This document shows, piece after piece, positions 63,839 to 64,000 of a DNA stretch of 64,000 bases; positions within the stretch are counted from its first letter, which is position 1, and every line of letters starts with the position of its first letter. The DNA comes from an uncultured Gammaproteobacteria bacterium. GTDB lineage: Bacteria > Patescibacteriota > Patescibacteriia > SG8-24. Where the stretch lies: the NCBI GenBank assembly GCA_964491475.1, contig CAZBFO010000005.1, positions 64,841 through 128,840 on the forward strand, read 5' to 3'. The notes under the pieces are model-generated. The model was not told where the DNA came from. It did not search any database and saw only the letters and a program-made list of their open reading frames with translations. The translations under genes and the position numbers were made by a program.

Positions 63839-63876
63839 AGCTCGCGCTGGACCCAGACACAAAGAGGCCTACCGGC

Positions 63877-64000
63877 TATCCAAATACGACACCTGCTCGA
63901 TCGCCGCGGGCGCGATCGTATTCGTCGTCTCCGGCTCGGCGGACTGCAGCACGAAGCCCGCCGCGCGCACCGCCGTCTGGATCGGCGGCCGCGTCACCTG
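63877..64000 (-). CDS. C-terminal end of a gene continuing beyond window
   Basis: High-GC codon usage; ...IQTAVRAAGFVLQSAEPETTNTIAPAAIEQVSYLDSR then stop at 63877. Confidence 0.35.

Noticed and set aside
63642-63860. 72-aa minus-strand ORF
   Set aside because: Entirely generated by translation of the two arms of the 90-bp palindrome; no RBS.
63186-64000. Group I/II intron with homing endonuclease inserted in 23S
   Set aside because: The only ORF near the junction is on the opposite strand and carries a signal peptide and TPR-like repeat (not an intron-encoded endonuclease); no GTGCG/domain V or P7 core spotted by eye. Cannot be fully excluded without a covariance search.

Overview
High-GC (~64%) bacterial chromosomal segment, densely coding on both strands. 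The ORF track is dominated by spurious antisense ORFs. I kept only frames with recognisable motifs, signal peptides or TM architecture, RBS context and terminator placement.

By region:
- Nucleotide salvage and sugar genes (1-7 kb): a YjjX-type ITPase/XTPase fused to a purine phosphoribosyltransferase; a WbaP-like sugar transferase; an alpha/beta hydrolase whose nucleophile elbow reads G-H-D-A-G (Asp where Ser is expected); a HAD hydrolase; a NUDIX hydrolase; an SDR epimerase.
- A lipoprotein trypsin-like protease next to a possible serpin-like protein; a GH-A glycoside hydrolase.
- A CNNM/CorC transporter, and a sensor kinase divergent from a kaiC-kaiB-PAS histidine kinase operon that appears to be leaderless.
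- A ferredoxin plus ferredoxin-reductase pair.
- A glycosylation block: a GT-C membrane protein, a GT2-GT-C fusion, a DPM1-like GT2 and a DUF2079 protein.
- Four ORFan secreted or membrane genes.
- Six tandem VirB2/TrbC-like pilin paralogs lying downstream of a substrate-binding-protein / GalU / substrate-binding-protein unit.
- An FtsX + ABC ATPase pair, a GDPD, O-antigen ligase + Wzx, DacA, RuvB, pirin, PolX (no PHP domain), a CinA_C-nucleotidyltransferase fusion, RlmH and a GGDEF cyclase.
- Four tRNAs: Ser-CGA, Leu-TAA, Gly-GCC, Leu-TAG.
- A 5' ~1.1 kb fragment of 23S rRNA with upstream sigma70-like promoters. It stops matching 23S near 63185 and runs into ordinary coding DNA.

Recurrent signals:
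- A near-identical extended promoter, cccTTGACAAAA-N-attttaTGCTAtagt, occurs 4-5 times. At three copies a 14-bp palindromic operator-like box GGCTAAAtTAAGCC sits 20-45 bp upstream.
- Several genes have a -10 hexamer exactly 6 nt before the ATG, which suggests leaderless mRNAs.
- Many hairpins flanked by A and T runs serve as bidirectional terminators.

The pilin array, glycosylation genes and rRNA peculiarity are compatible with a Patescibacteria/CPR-like organism. That is inference only.
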